The notes under the pieces were generated by a model. It saw only the letters and a list, made by a program, of their open reading frames with translations. It was not told where the DNA came from and ran no database searches. From contig PTLN01000002.1 in NCBI GenBank assembly GCA_002938125.1, positions 1 to 44,732 of the forward strand: 44,732 nucleotides of DNA, in the 5' to 3' direction. Position numbers and translations under genes: made by a program. Shown here one piece after another: positions 37,011-44,732 of this stretch; within the stretch, counting starts at the first letter, position 1; every line of letters starts with the position of its first letter. Source of the stretch: Alphaproteobacteria bacterium MarineAlpha2_Bin1. GTDB taxonomy: Bacteria; Pseudomonadota; Alphaproteobacteria; SHVP01.

Positions 37011-38165
37011 TTATTCTCGTTCAAGAAAATCTATTAATTGAAATAGAAATTTTTCACATTTCTCGATTTCAGTCACTTCAATAAATTCATTCGCTTTATG
37101 AGCCTGCTCTATACTTCCTGGTCCGCAAACAATTGTAGGTATATTTTTCTTTTGAAAAATTCCACCTTCTGTTCCATAAGATACCGTTTTAACTGTATTT
37201 GATTTTGCTAATTTCATTATTAGATTCTCAATCTTGAGATTACTTGATGATTTTAATGGAGGTACATGCGCAATTTGTCTAGTAAAAATTTCTGCCCCTT
37301 TATAAATTGATTTCATTTCTGGAAGCACAGTTTTAATTGCATAAGAATTAAATTTTTCAATTATTTTATTAGAGTCTTGTTCAGGTAAGTATCTATACTC
37401 CCAAACAAATGAGCATTTTTTAGGAATTATATTTAGCGCTGAACCTCCTTGGATTGTTCCTATATGAACTGTTGTATAGGGAGGGTCAAAAGTTGGATTT
37501 TTAATTAATTTTTCCTCCTCGTAAATTGAATTTATAAAATTTATAAGTTTTGAGGCATACATTATTGAGTTTAAACCTTTTTCTGGCGCGCTTGAGTGGC
37601 CTTCTAGACCTGTAAGGGAGGTAAGAAAGCCCATAACACCTTTATGGCTATTTACAATTTCCATATTTGTAGGCTCGCCAACAATCACTACTAATGGTTT
37701 AATTGAAATGCTATCAATATAGTCAACTAATGATGGTGCTCCTAGACATCCAACTTCTTCATCGTATGAAAAAGCTAGATGAAAAGGTTTTTTTAAACTT
37801 CTTTGTACCATCATGGGGACCATAGCTAAAGCCACAGCTATAAAACTCTTCATATCGGCAGTCCCTCTTCCAAAGAGTTTATTTACTTTTTTTGTTAATT
37901 TAAATGGATTAGTATCCCATTGTTGCCCATCTACAGGAACAACATCAGTATGCCCCGATAATACAACGCCTGACTTTTCACGTGGACCGATAATTGCATG
38001 CAGATTAGCTTTATTTTTTTCTTTATTTAAAATGATTTCACTTTTTATTTTAAACTGTTCAAGATAGTTTTGAATAAATAAAATTAAATCTAAATTAGAT
38101 TTACTACTAGTAGAATCAAAACTTACTAACTTTTCAAGAATATCTTTTGAATTAGGTGAATCCAT
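37011..38165 (-). CDS. argE: Acetylornithine deacetylase-like M20 peptidase
   Basis: LSGHTDVVP, GRGTADMKSF and EEVGCLGA are M20 metal ligands. The length and N-terminus are typical of ArgE. The substrate is inferred from family resemblance and arg-gene context. Confidence 0.75.
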   Translation of the reverse strand: MDSPNSKDILEKLVSFDSTSSKSNLDLILFIQNYLEQFKIKSEIILNKEKNKANLHAIIGPREKSGVVLSGHTDVVPVDGQQWDTNPFKLTKKVNKLFGRGTADMKSFIAVALAMVPMMVQRSLKKPFHLAFSYDEEVGCLGAPSLVDYIDSISIKPLVVIVGEPTNMEIVNSHKGVMGFLTSLTGLEGHSSAPEKGLNSIMYASKLINFINSIYEEEKLIKNPTFDPPYTTVHIGTIQGGSALNIIPKKCSFVWEYRYLPEQDSNKIIEKFNSYAIKTVLPEMKSIYKGAEIFTRQIAHVPPLKSSSNLKIENLIMKLAKSNTVKTVSYGTEGGIFQKKNIPTIVCGPGSIEQAHKANEFIEVTEIEKCEKFLFQLIDFLERE

Positions 38166-38198
38166 AATTTATTATTTCATATCTTTGTTATATTTTCA

Positions 38199-39647
38199 TT
38201 AACTTTTCCAGAAAGATTTAGTAAATAAAACCAAAATTACAAAAATTTCTAATCTACCAAAAAGCATACCAAAGGAAAGTAGCCATTTAGCTGAATCTGG
38301 TAGTGAGGAAAAATTACCTGCAGGTCCAACAACATTTCCAAGACCCGGTCCTACATTTGTTATCGCTGTTGCAGCACTAGATATACTCGTTATGAAGTCA
38401 ACCCCAAGTAAAGATAGAAGAAAAGCTAATAAAGCATAGGTTAATAAAAATAGGAAGAAAAAAGCAAAGACGGTGTCAGAAATGTTATTAGAAATTGGTT
38501 CTCCATTATATTTAGGAATATACACATGATGAGGTCTGATTAAGTTAGCAAGCTGCGCTCGCAAAGTTGCATATAGTATCTGGTACCTAAATAACTTTAT
38601 GCTGCAGGAAGTAGAGCCTGCACAACCTCCTATAAACATAAGAAATAAGAACAATATACCAGGAAAACCTCCCCATTGCCAATAGTCGACTGTAGAATAA
38701 CCCGTACCGGTAATTATTGAAGTAACGTTAAACGATGCTTCTCTTAAAGCTGTTAAAAAATTAATATTATTATATTCAATTTGCCAAAAGGTAATTGCAG
38801 CTATTGCGGCTATAAGTACATAAAAAAACCAATGAACTTGTGTATCAGTAAATAGTCTTATTACTTGTCCACGTGCAGCCATAACGTAAATAAAAAATGG
38901 CAAACTTCCAATAATCATAAAAATTATAGCTATTAGCTCTATATACGGGTTAGCAAAAATCCCTACAGAAGAGTCTGATGTAGAGAAACCTCCTGTAGCA
39001 ATGGTTGTCATTGAATGAACTATTGCATCAAAACCTTTCATACCCGCCAACCAGTAGCATCCGGCACATATCACTGTGAATAATATATAAATTGTCCCTA
39101 TCCAAGTAGCTAGAGACGTTAGACGTAATCTTGCTCTCGAAGAGCTATCAGAAAACTCTGTCTGAAAAAGTTGATTTCCACTGACTCTTAAGCCTGGAAG
39201 GACAGCTATAGCTAGTACTACAAAACCAACTCCTCCAAACCACTGCAGCATTGCCCTCCAAATTAAAATTCCAGGTGAGCACTTATCGAGTCCAGTAATG
39301 ACTGTTGATCCAGTTGTGGTAATTCCAGACATTGATTCGAAAAATGCACCTGCATAACTGATATTTATTTCACCTAGATAGAATGGAAGTGCCGCAATTA
39401 TAGCTGTAGTGAGCCAACTAGCGCTTGTTAAAACAAAAATTTGTTTAACATTTAAATTTTTTTTTGTACCCCTTGTTACAATAACTAAGCTAGTTCCAAG
39501 AAAAATTGATATTAAAGATGAATTAAAAAAATTGTCCCAATGGATATCATTGTTTGTTAAGTTAACTAAAAATGGAATAAGCATAATTATTCCTAGGCTA
39601 ATCAGAAGAATGCCTAAAAAATAAAATATTGGACGAATTTCAAACAA
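38199..39647 (-). CDS. trkH: Trk-type potassium uptake protein TrkH
   Basis: About 480 aa and polytopic, with repeated selectivity-filter-like motifs (TTGST, TGGFS, TGTGYS, VGPGLG). Confidence 0.9.
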   Translation of the reverse strand: MFEIRPIFYFLGILLISLGIIMLIPFLVNLTNNDIHWDNFFNSSLISIFLGTSLVIVTRGTKKNLNVKQIFVLTSASWLTTAIIAALPFYLGEINISYAGAFFESMSGITTTGSTVITGLDKCSPGILIWRAMLQWFGGVGFVVLAIAVLPGLRVSGNQLFQTEFSDSSSRARLRLTSLATWIGTIYILFTVICAGCYWLAGMKGFDAIVHSMTTIATGGFSTSDSSVGIFANPYIELIAIIFMIIGSLPFFIYVMAARGQVIRLFTDTQVHWFFYVLIAAIAAITFWQIEYNNINFLTALREASFNVTSIITGTGYSTVDYWQWGGFPGILFLFLMFIGGCAGSTSCSIKLFRYQILYATLRAQLANLIRPHHVYIPKYNGEPISNNISDTVFAFFFLFLLTYALLAFLLSLLGVDFITSISSAATAITNVGPGLGNVVGPAGNFSSLPDSAKWLLSFGMLFGRLEIFVILVLFTKSFWKS

Positions 39648-39682
39648 TTTTAAATATTATTTCTGGGCAGATTTGCTTAAAA

Positions 39683-40075
39683 TTAATTTGGCTTAATTTT
39701 TTCATGAGGGCTGTCAAGTGAGAATAAGGGGATTTCAACATCAAATGATTCTCCTAAATCATTTACCATCTCGTAGTTTCCTTCCATAAGGCCTGAAGGG
39801 GTGGGCAATGGAGCTCCACTCATATACTGGTAGCTTCCACCTGGACTGATTACAGGCTGCTCACCAACAACTCCAGATCCTTTGACTTCCTTTACAATGC
39901 CTTTAGAATCTGTAATTCTCCAATATCTATTCATTAACTGAACTCTTTCCTTACCAAGATTATAAATTGTTATTTTATAAGCCCAAACGTAATGATTATT
40001 TTCTGGTACAGATTCTTCTTCTAAAAACAGAGGTTCAACGCAAACCTGGATATTTCTGGTAATTGTATCGTACAA
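39683..40075 (-). CDS. apaG: ApaG (DUF525) protein
   Basis: 130 aa with [18 protein letters not shown] and GVVGEQP motifs. Confidence 0.9.
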   Translation of the reverse strand: MYDTITRNIQVCVEPLFLEEESVPENNHYVWAYKITIYNLGKERVQLMNRYWRITDSKGIVKEVKGSGVVGEQPVISPGGSYQYMSGAPLPTPSGLMEGNYEMVNDLGESFDVEIPLFSLDSPHEKIKPN

Positions 40076-40124
40076 TTATAGTAAACCTTTCTATGTTATT
40101 TATACTATTAATTAATATTATAAA

Positions 40125-41327
40125 CTAAATACTTTCAAGTGACTTTTGTAAATCATATAAAATATCATTTTTATTCTCTAGGCCAACAGAAAGTCTTACA
40201 ACAGTATCAGTAATACCTAATTTTTCTTTTTCTACAAGGCTAAGTCTTTGGTGTGTTGTTGTAAAGGGGTGCGTTATAAGACTTTTGCTATCTCCCAGGT
40301 TATTAGAGATTTTAATAAGATCTAAATTATTTAAAAAATTAAAAGTATCTTCCTTTTTCCCATTAACTTGAAAAGTAATTATTGAACCTGAATTATTCAT
40401 TTGATTTTTTATTAAATCATATTGTGGATGAGAAGGTAAGCCAGGAAAAATTATTTTATTAATTTTCTTATTTTTTGATAATTCTTCAGCCACCTTTAAG
40501 GCATTTTTGCAGTGTTGCTCCATTCTTATTTCAAGAGTTTCTAGACCTTTATTAAGAACCCATGCATTAAAAGGGCTTAGAGCTGGGCCGGTATGGCGAA
40601 TAAAAGGTCTTAAAGTATTTTCGATGAATTCTTCATTGCCTATAACCGCACCACCTAAACACCTCCCTTGTCCATCAATATGTTTTGTTGCAGAGTATAC
40701 TACTATATCAGCGCCAAGTTGGATTGGTTTTTGAATTATTGAAGTACAAAAAGCATTATCAACAATTAGTTTTGCTTTATTAGAATGTAAAATTTGTGAG
40801 ATTTTATTTATATCACAGATTTCAAGCATTGGATTTGATGGTGATTCAAGAAAACCACAGACAGTATTTGATTTCATAGCAGTCTCCCATTGGTCTAAAT
40901 CAATTCCATCTATAAATGTTACCTCTATACCAAATTTAGGGAGAATATCTTCAATTACGTACCTACAAGATCCAAATAACGCTCTAGATGAAATAATATG
41001 ATCACCTGATTTTAAAAGAGATAAAAGTGTTGAGGAGACTGCTGACATTCCTGAGGAAGTTGCAATTGATTTTTCGCAGCCTTCAATATCAGATAATCTG
41101 GTTTCAAAAGAATGTACAGTTGGGTTTCCGTATCTAGAATAAATAAACCCCTCTCTCTCTCCTAGAAATTTACTCTCAGCTTCTTCTGCGGTTTTGTAAA
41201 TATATCCAGAAGTTAAATATATAGGTTCACTTGTCTCATTATTCTGTGATCTAGATATACCTGAATGAATAATGTTAGTTTGTTGATGCCATTTTGAATT
41301 GGGATTAATTTTCATATTTTGCTCCAT
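40125..41327 (-). CDS. metZ: O-succinylhomoserine sulfhydrylase (Cys/Met-metabolism PLP enzyme)
   Basis: The PLP-lysine region YSATKHIDGQGR and the overall layout are typical of MetZ. As far as I recall, metZ-apaG adjacency is common in Alphaproteobacteria. Confidence 0.85.
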   Translation of the reverse strand: MEQNMKINPNSKWHQQTNIIHSGISRSQNNETSEPIYLTSGYIYKTAEEAESKFLGEREGFIYSRYGNPTVHSFETRLSDIEGCEKSIATSSGMSAVSSTLLSLLKSGDHIISSRALFGSCRYVIEDILPKFGIEVTFIDGIDLDQWETAMKSNTVCGFLESPSNPMLEICDINKISQILHSNKAKLIVDNAFCTSIIQKPIQLGADIVVYSATKHIDGQGRCLGGAVIGNEEFIENTLRPFIRHTGPALSPFNAWVLNKGLETLEIRMEQHCKNALKVAEELSKNKKINKIIFPGLPSHPQYDLIKNQMNNSGSIITFQVNGKKEDTFNFLNNLDLIKISNNLGDSKSLITHPFTTTHQRLSLVEKEKLGITDTVVRLSVGLENKNDILYDLQKSLESI

Positions 41328-41339
41328 TAAAAAATTTTA

Positions 41340-41432
41340 AGCCCAAGGATAGAGCTCTTATTTAATGAGCATCCGACCTTTTAAGCTGAGTATTTTTTGT
41401 GGCCGCAAGCCGGTCGGCTCAAATCACCACAT
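41340..41432 (-). promoter_or_regulatory. Structured 5' leader of metZ; candidate SAM-responsive riboswitch (SAM-II/SAM-V-like)
   Basis: This is a GC-rich island in an otherwise AT-rich spacer. The RNA reads GUGGUGAUUUGAGCCGACCGGCUUGCGGCCACAAAAAAUACUCAGCUUAAAAGGUCGGAUGCUCAUUAAAUAAGAGCUC…. GAGCCGACC (41412-41420) is complementary to GGUCGG-AU-GCUC (41367-41378). GUGG…CCAC encloses a GAUUU…GGCUUGC segment that resembles my memory of the SAM-II core. The class is not verifiable here. Confidence 0.45.
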
Positions 41433-41436
41433 ACAA

Positions 41437-41465
41437 TAAATAAGCTTTTTATTTATTTTGGTCAA
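41437..41465 (-). promoter_or_regulatory. Candidate sigma-70-type promoter for metZ leader
   Basis: The minus strand reads TTGACC, a 17-nt spacer, then TATTTA, immediately upstream of the structured leader. This is a consensus match only. Confidence 0.35.
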
Positions 41466-41519
41466 GGAAAAATCAGGTATAATTCATTAAGACCTTTATT
41501 ATAAAAATTTTAAACTAAT

Positions 41520-41966
41520 TTAATTTCCTGCAAATTGTACAACTTCTACGAAATGATTATTGGGATCAGTCCCCATAATAACAAGGGAAGGTCTCATTTT
41601 ATTTTCTTTTATATCAAAGCTTTCACCCTTACGAATACCCATTGTTATACTTCCTCCAAATAGGGTAAAATTTTTATATATTTGTTGAATTTTGTTTGTA
41701 TAGAACACCAACGCAGCAGATTTTTTTTCATTAAGTGGAGTTGTTTTCATTAACCCAAGCATCGGATTAGACATGCCTTGAGATAATATAATTAGCTCGA
41801 TACTGCCATTTTTATTTTTTTTATTTATTGGATACCCTGATATTCTCTTTAGAGGTATGGTTTTATGGTAGACTTTAGAAAATCCTAGAACATTCGTATA
41901 AAAAGACTCTGATTGGTCAATATCTGAAATGTTTATTGATATTCTTTGTAAAAAAGTATCATTCAT
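41520..41966 (-). CDS. VOC family protein (glyoxalase/bleomycin resistance/dioxygenase fold)
   Basis: The N-terminal beta-alpha-beta-beta-beta module signature is ISINISDIDQSESFYTNVLGF. The size of 148 aa fits the family. Confidence 0.7.
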   Translation of the reverse strand: MNDTFLQRISINISDIDQSESFYTNVLGFSKVYHKTIPLKRISGYPINKKNKNGSIELIILSQGMSNPMLGLMKTTPLNEKKSAALVFYTNKIQQIYKNFTLFGGSITMGIRKGESFDIKENKMRPSLVIMGTDPNNHFVEVVQFAGN

Positions 41967-42120
41967 ATTTAAACCCTTAAAAAAAATTATATAAATTAAA
42001 TTATTGTTTTGTATTTATTCTAAATTAGATTAGTAATAAGTAAAATAGCCTTGTTGAGGTAAAAATTGGGTTGTTGAAATAAAATATTAATCAGAGTTAT
42101 TTAAAATTTAACATTTCTAG

Positions 42121-44283
42121 GTGTTTATGGAAAAAATATTCGAGACTAAATCAGGTATAAATATATATAGAGAAGTTTCCAGTCTAAGTGACGAAAGTCA
42201 AATTACGTCTATTATTGAAGGTTTGGATGAAAACCTTGGAGTATACTTATCATCAGGGGTAGAGTTTCCAGACAGATACAGTCAATGGGACTTTGGTATA
42301 ATAGATCCACCATTGATGTTTACAGGTACCAGGAGAAAATTAATTATAGAAACATTAAATGAAAGAGGAGAAGATCTTTTAAATTTAATTAAACCAATTT
42401 TTTTACATAATGAAGAAATTAATATCATTGAAATAGATAAAAGCAAAATTATACTTGAAATTTTGTATTCAAAAAAAATCTTTACTGAGGAGGAAAGAAG
42501 CCTTCAGCCTAGCATCTTTACACCCTTGAGATCAATAATGCATGATTTTCTTGGTATAGGTGATCAGCATTTAGGTCTTTATGGTGCTTTTGGATTTGAT
42601 CTAATTTATCAATTTGAAAAACCAAATAAAGATATAGATAGGTTGGAAAAAACAAATATCTTAAAACTTTTTTTACCGGATGAGATTTTTATTTATGATA
42701 GAAAAAAAGAATTAATGTTGAAGTACAGATACTATTTTACTGATCAAAATAATTTACAAACTAACAAAAATATTTCTTTGCGAAAGGAAAAAATAGATAA
42801 ACTTAAAAATAAGATTTATTCAAAAAAAACTTCTGATAGTAATATTAGTGTAGATCTATCTGATGATAAATTTAGTCATATGGTCAATCTTGCCAGAGAT
42901 GCCATGCGTAAAGGGGATATTTTTGAAGTAGTTTTGTCAAGATCATTTAAGTCAGATTATTATATGGAACCATCCGTCCTTTTCAACCAAATGAAAAGAG
43001 TTAACCCAAGTCCGTATGAGTTTTTTCTACAATTTGGAGACGAACAGATTATAGGGACTTCTCCAGAAATGTTTGTAAGAGTTGAGGGTACCAGAGTTGA
43101 ATCATGCCCAATATCTGGAACTGTAAAAAGAGGTTTAAATCCAATGGAAGATGAGCAGAATATTCGTAAACTGCTTAATTCTGAAAAGGATGAAGTGGAG
43201 TTAACCATGTGTACGGATGTAGATCGAAATGACAAGTCAAGGATATGTAAACCAGGAACTATTAACCTTATCGATCGAAGGATGATTGAGAGATATGCAG
43301 GTTTATTTCATACTGTGGACCATGTTGAAGGTCAATTACGTGAAAATTTTTCAGGTCTTGATGCGTTTCTAAGTCATATGTGGGCAGTAACATTAACTGG
43401 AGCACCTAAAAAAGCAGCTGTTTCGATGATTGAAAAACTTGAGTCAAGTCCGCGAGAGTGGTATGGGGGAGCTGTTGGGGCCTTATTTTTTAATGGAAAT
43501 GTTAATACTGGTATCACTATAAGAACAGTCCATTTGAAAGATAATAAAGCAATTTATAGAGCAGGTGCTACATTGGTTTGGGACTCAAAAGGGGAAGAGG
43601 AAGCTGAGGAAACAAGAATTAAAGCAGATGCTTTTTTTAAAATAATTAATTTTAAAAAAGAAAAATCAATTATTAGTAATACGCCTGTTTCTAAAAAAAA
43701 TGCATGTGTTGTTATGCTAGACAATGAAGATTCATTTATACATACTTTAGCTGATTATATTCGTCAGAATGGAGCTAAAGTATTTACCTTTAGAAGTGAT
43801 GTTGATCTCGAGAACATAATTCAAAAAAAACCAGATTTAGTTGTTCACTCGCCTGGACCAGGCGTACCTCATGATTTCAAATTACCTTCACTAATTTTGA
43901 AACTTGCAGATCTTAAAATCCCACAGTTTGGCGTTTGCCTTGGAATGCAAGGGATGGCTGAGGCCTTTGGAGGAGAGTTATCTCTTTTGAGTGAGCCAAG
44001 ACATGGTAAAAGATGGATTGTACATCATGACTCTAAAGGTATATTTGAAAATATTCAATCACCTTGTGAAGTTGGCGCGTATCATTCGATTGTGGTTAAA
44101 AATTTACCAGATGACTTTTTGGTTACTGCCAGAACTGAAGAAGGTTTAATTATGGGAATTTCGCATAAAAAATTACCAATTTTTGGTCTTCAATTTCATC
44201 CTGAGTCAATTTTATCTCTTAAGAATAATGTAGGTCATAAAATCGTTTCAAATATAATAAATACTTTAAACATAGAAAATTAA
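42121..44283 (+). CDS. trpE: Anthranilate synthase, fused components I and II (TrpE-TrpG)
   Basis: The N-terminal chorismate-binding domain (SPEMFVR, GGAVGA, TIRT) is fused to a class I glutamine amidotransferase (GVCLGMQ, HPES). The fused TrpE(G) form is typical of many Alphaproteobacteria. The track start is GTG at 42121; an ATG at 42127 is also possible. Confidence 0.9.
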   Translation: MFMEKIFETKSGINIYREVSSLSDESQITSIIEGLDENLGVYLSSGVEFPDRYSQWDFGIIDPPLMFTGTRRKLIIETLNERGEDLLNLIKPIFLHNEEINIIEIDKSKIILEILYSKKIFTEEERSLQPSIFTPLRSIMHDFLGIGDQHLGLYGAFGFDLIYQFEKPNKDIDRLEKTNILKLFLPDEIFIYDRKKELMLKYRYYFTDQNNLQTNKNISLRKEKIDKLKNKIYSKKTSDSNISVDLSDDKFSHMVNLARDAMRKGDIFEVVLSRSFKSDYYMEPSVLFNQMKRVNPSPYEFFLQFGDEQIIGTSPEMFVRVEGTRVESCPISGTVKRGLNPMEDEQNIRKLLNSEKDEVELTMCTDVDRNDKSRICKPGTINLIDRRMIERYAGLFHTVDHVEGQLRENFSGLDAFLSHMWAVTLTGAPKKAAVSMIEKLESSPREWYGGAVGALFFNGNVNTGITIRTVHLKDNKAIYRAGATLVWDSKGEEEAEETRIKADAFFKIINFKKEKSIISNTPVSKKNACVVMLDNEDSFIHTLADYIRQNGAKVFTFRSDVDLENIIQKKPDLVVHSPGPGVPHDFKLPSLILKLADLKIPQFGVCLGMQGMAEAFGGELSLLSEPRHGKRWIVHHDSKGIFENIQSPCEVGAYHSIVVKNLPDDFLVTARTEEGLIMGISHKKLPIFGLQFHPESILSLKNNVGHKIVSNIINTLNIEN

Positions 44284-44323
44284 TTTGTATATTTTTTTAT
44301 CAATCAAAATTAAGTGTACATAG

Positions 44324-44732
44324 ATGTCTAAAAATATTGAAGATATAAAGTCAAACTCTTGGCCATTTCAGGAAGCCTTAAGGATTCTAAAGAGATATAA
44401 AAATACGCCTCCACCAAAAGGGTATGTTCTGTTTGAAACTGGGTATGGTCCCTCAGGGCTACCTCATATAGGTACTTTTGGTGAGGTTGCTAGAACAACA
44501 ATGGTGAGAAATGCATTCAAAAAACTATCAAATATTCCAACAAAACTTATCACTTTCTCAGATGATCTAGACGGGCTTCGTAAGTTACCTGATAATATAC
44601 CTAACAGAGAGGTAATGAAGGAATATTTGGGTAAATCACTTACCAATATACCAGATCCATTTGGAACGCATAAAAGTTTTGGAGAACATAACAATTCAAA
44701 ATTACGTGATTTTCTTGATACCTTTGGCTTCG
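44324..44732 (+). CDS. lysK: Lysine--tRNA ligase, class I (5' part; runs off the window)
   Basis: My hand translation from the ATG at 44324 gives [22 protein letters not shown]…[19 protein letters not shown]…, the class I LysRS N-terminus with a HIGH-type motif. The minus-strand ORF 44464..44694 is a shadow. Confidence 0.85.
   Translation, partial: MSKNIEDIKSNSWPFQEALRILKRYKNTPPPKGYVLFETGYGPSGLPHIGTFGEVARTTMVRNAFKKLSNIPTKLITFSDDLDGLRKLPDNIPNREVMKEYLGKSLTNIPDPFGTHKSFGEHNNSKLRDFLDTFGF

Noticed and set aside
41967-42126. Trp-codon leader peptide or attenuator upstream of fused trpE(G), as in Rhizobiaceae trpL
   Set aside because: The 160-nt spacer has no ATG. The short TTG-initiated frames (for example TTG TTT TGT ATT … TAG) contain no Trp codons, and I see no terminator-like hairpin. 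I noticed only a weak 7-nt direct repeat (TTGTTGA twice).

Overview
This is a very AT-rich window (about 30% GC in hand-counted lines) and it is very gene-dense. I support 43 protein-coding genes, one SRP (4.5S) RNA, one tRNA-Arg(ACG), one tandem repeat and a few candidate regulatory sites.

The gene content and synteny look like the core chromosome of a streamlined marine alphaproteobacterium (SAR11/Pelagibacterales-like). The synteny blocks are yejABEF, ffs-dnaX-ybaB-recR, def-fmt-truA, dapE-dapD-HAD-argB-engB-yidC-yidD-rnpA-rpmH, argD-argF, trkH-apaG-metZ, fused trpE(G), and class I lysK. The taxonomic call is an inference from synteny, K/I/N-rich proteins and tiny intergenic spacers. It is not a database result.

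I see no transposase, integrase, CRISPR array, prophage, toxin-antitoxin pair or recognisable defence system. I cannot honestly claim a clear new system. The places most worth a second look are:
- an A10 slippery run in dnaX, just after domain III, with stop codons in both alternative frames (a possible gamma-subunit recoding site);
- a translationally coupled pair, TVP38/DedA-superfamily membrane protein plus flavoprotein disulfide reductase with its catalytic His replaced by Tyr, followed by an S58 peptidase;
- the region around tRNA-Arg, with an Arg-rich lipoprotein of unknown function, a 2 x 22-nt tandem repeat, and an aldehyde dehydrogenase carrying an AGGAGG Shine-Dalgarno (none of the other starts I checked has a full one);
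- a TPR/GT41 (OGT/SPINDLY-like) glycosyltransferase;
- a GC-rich structured leader upstream of metZ that may be a SAM-II/SAM-V-type riboswitch.

All family calls come from motif recognition by eye. No searches were run.
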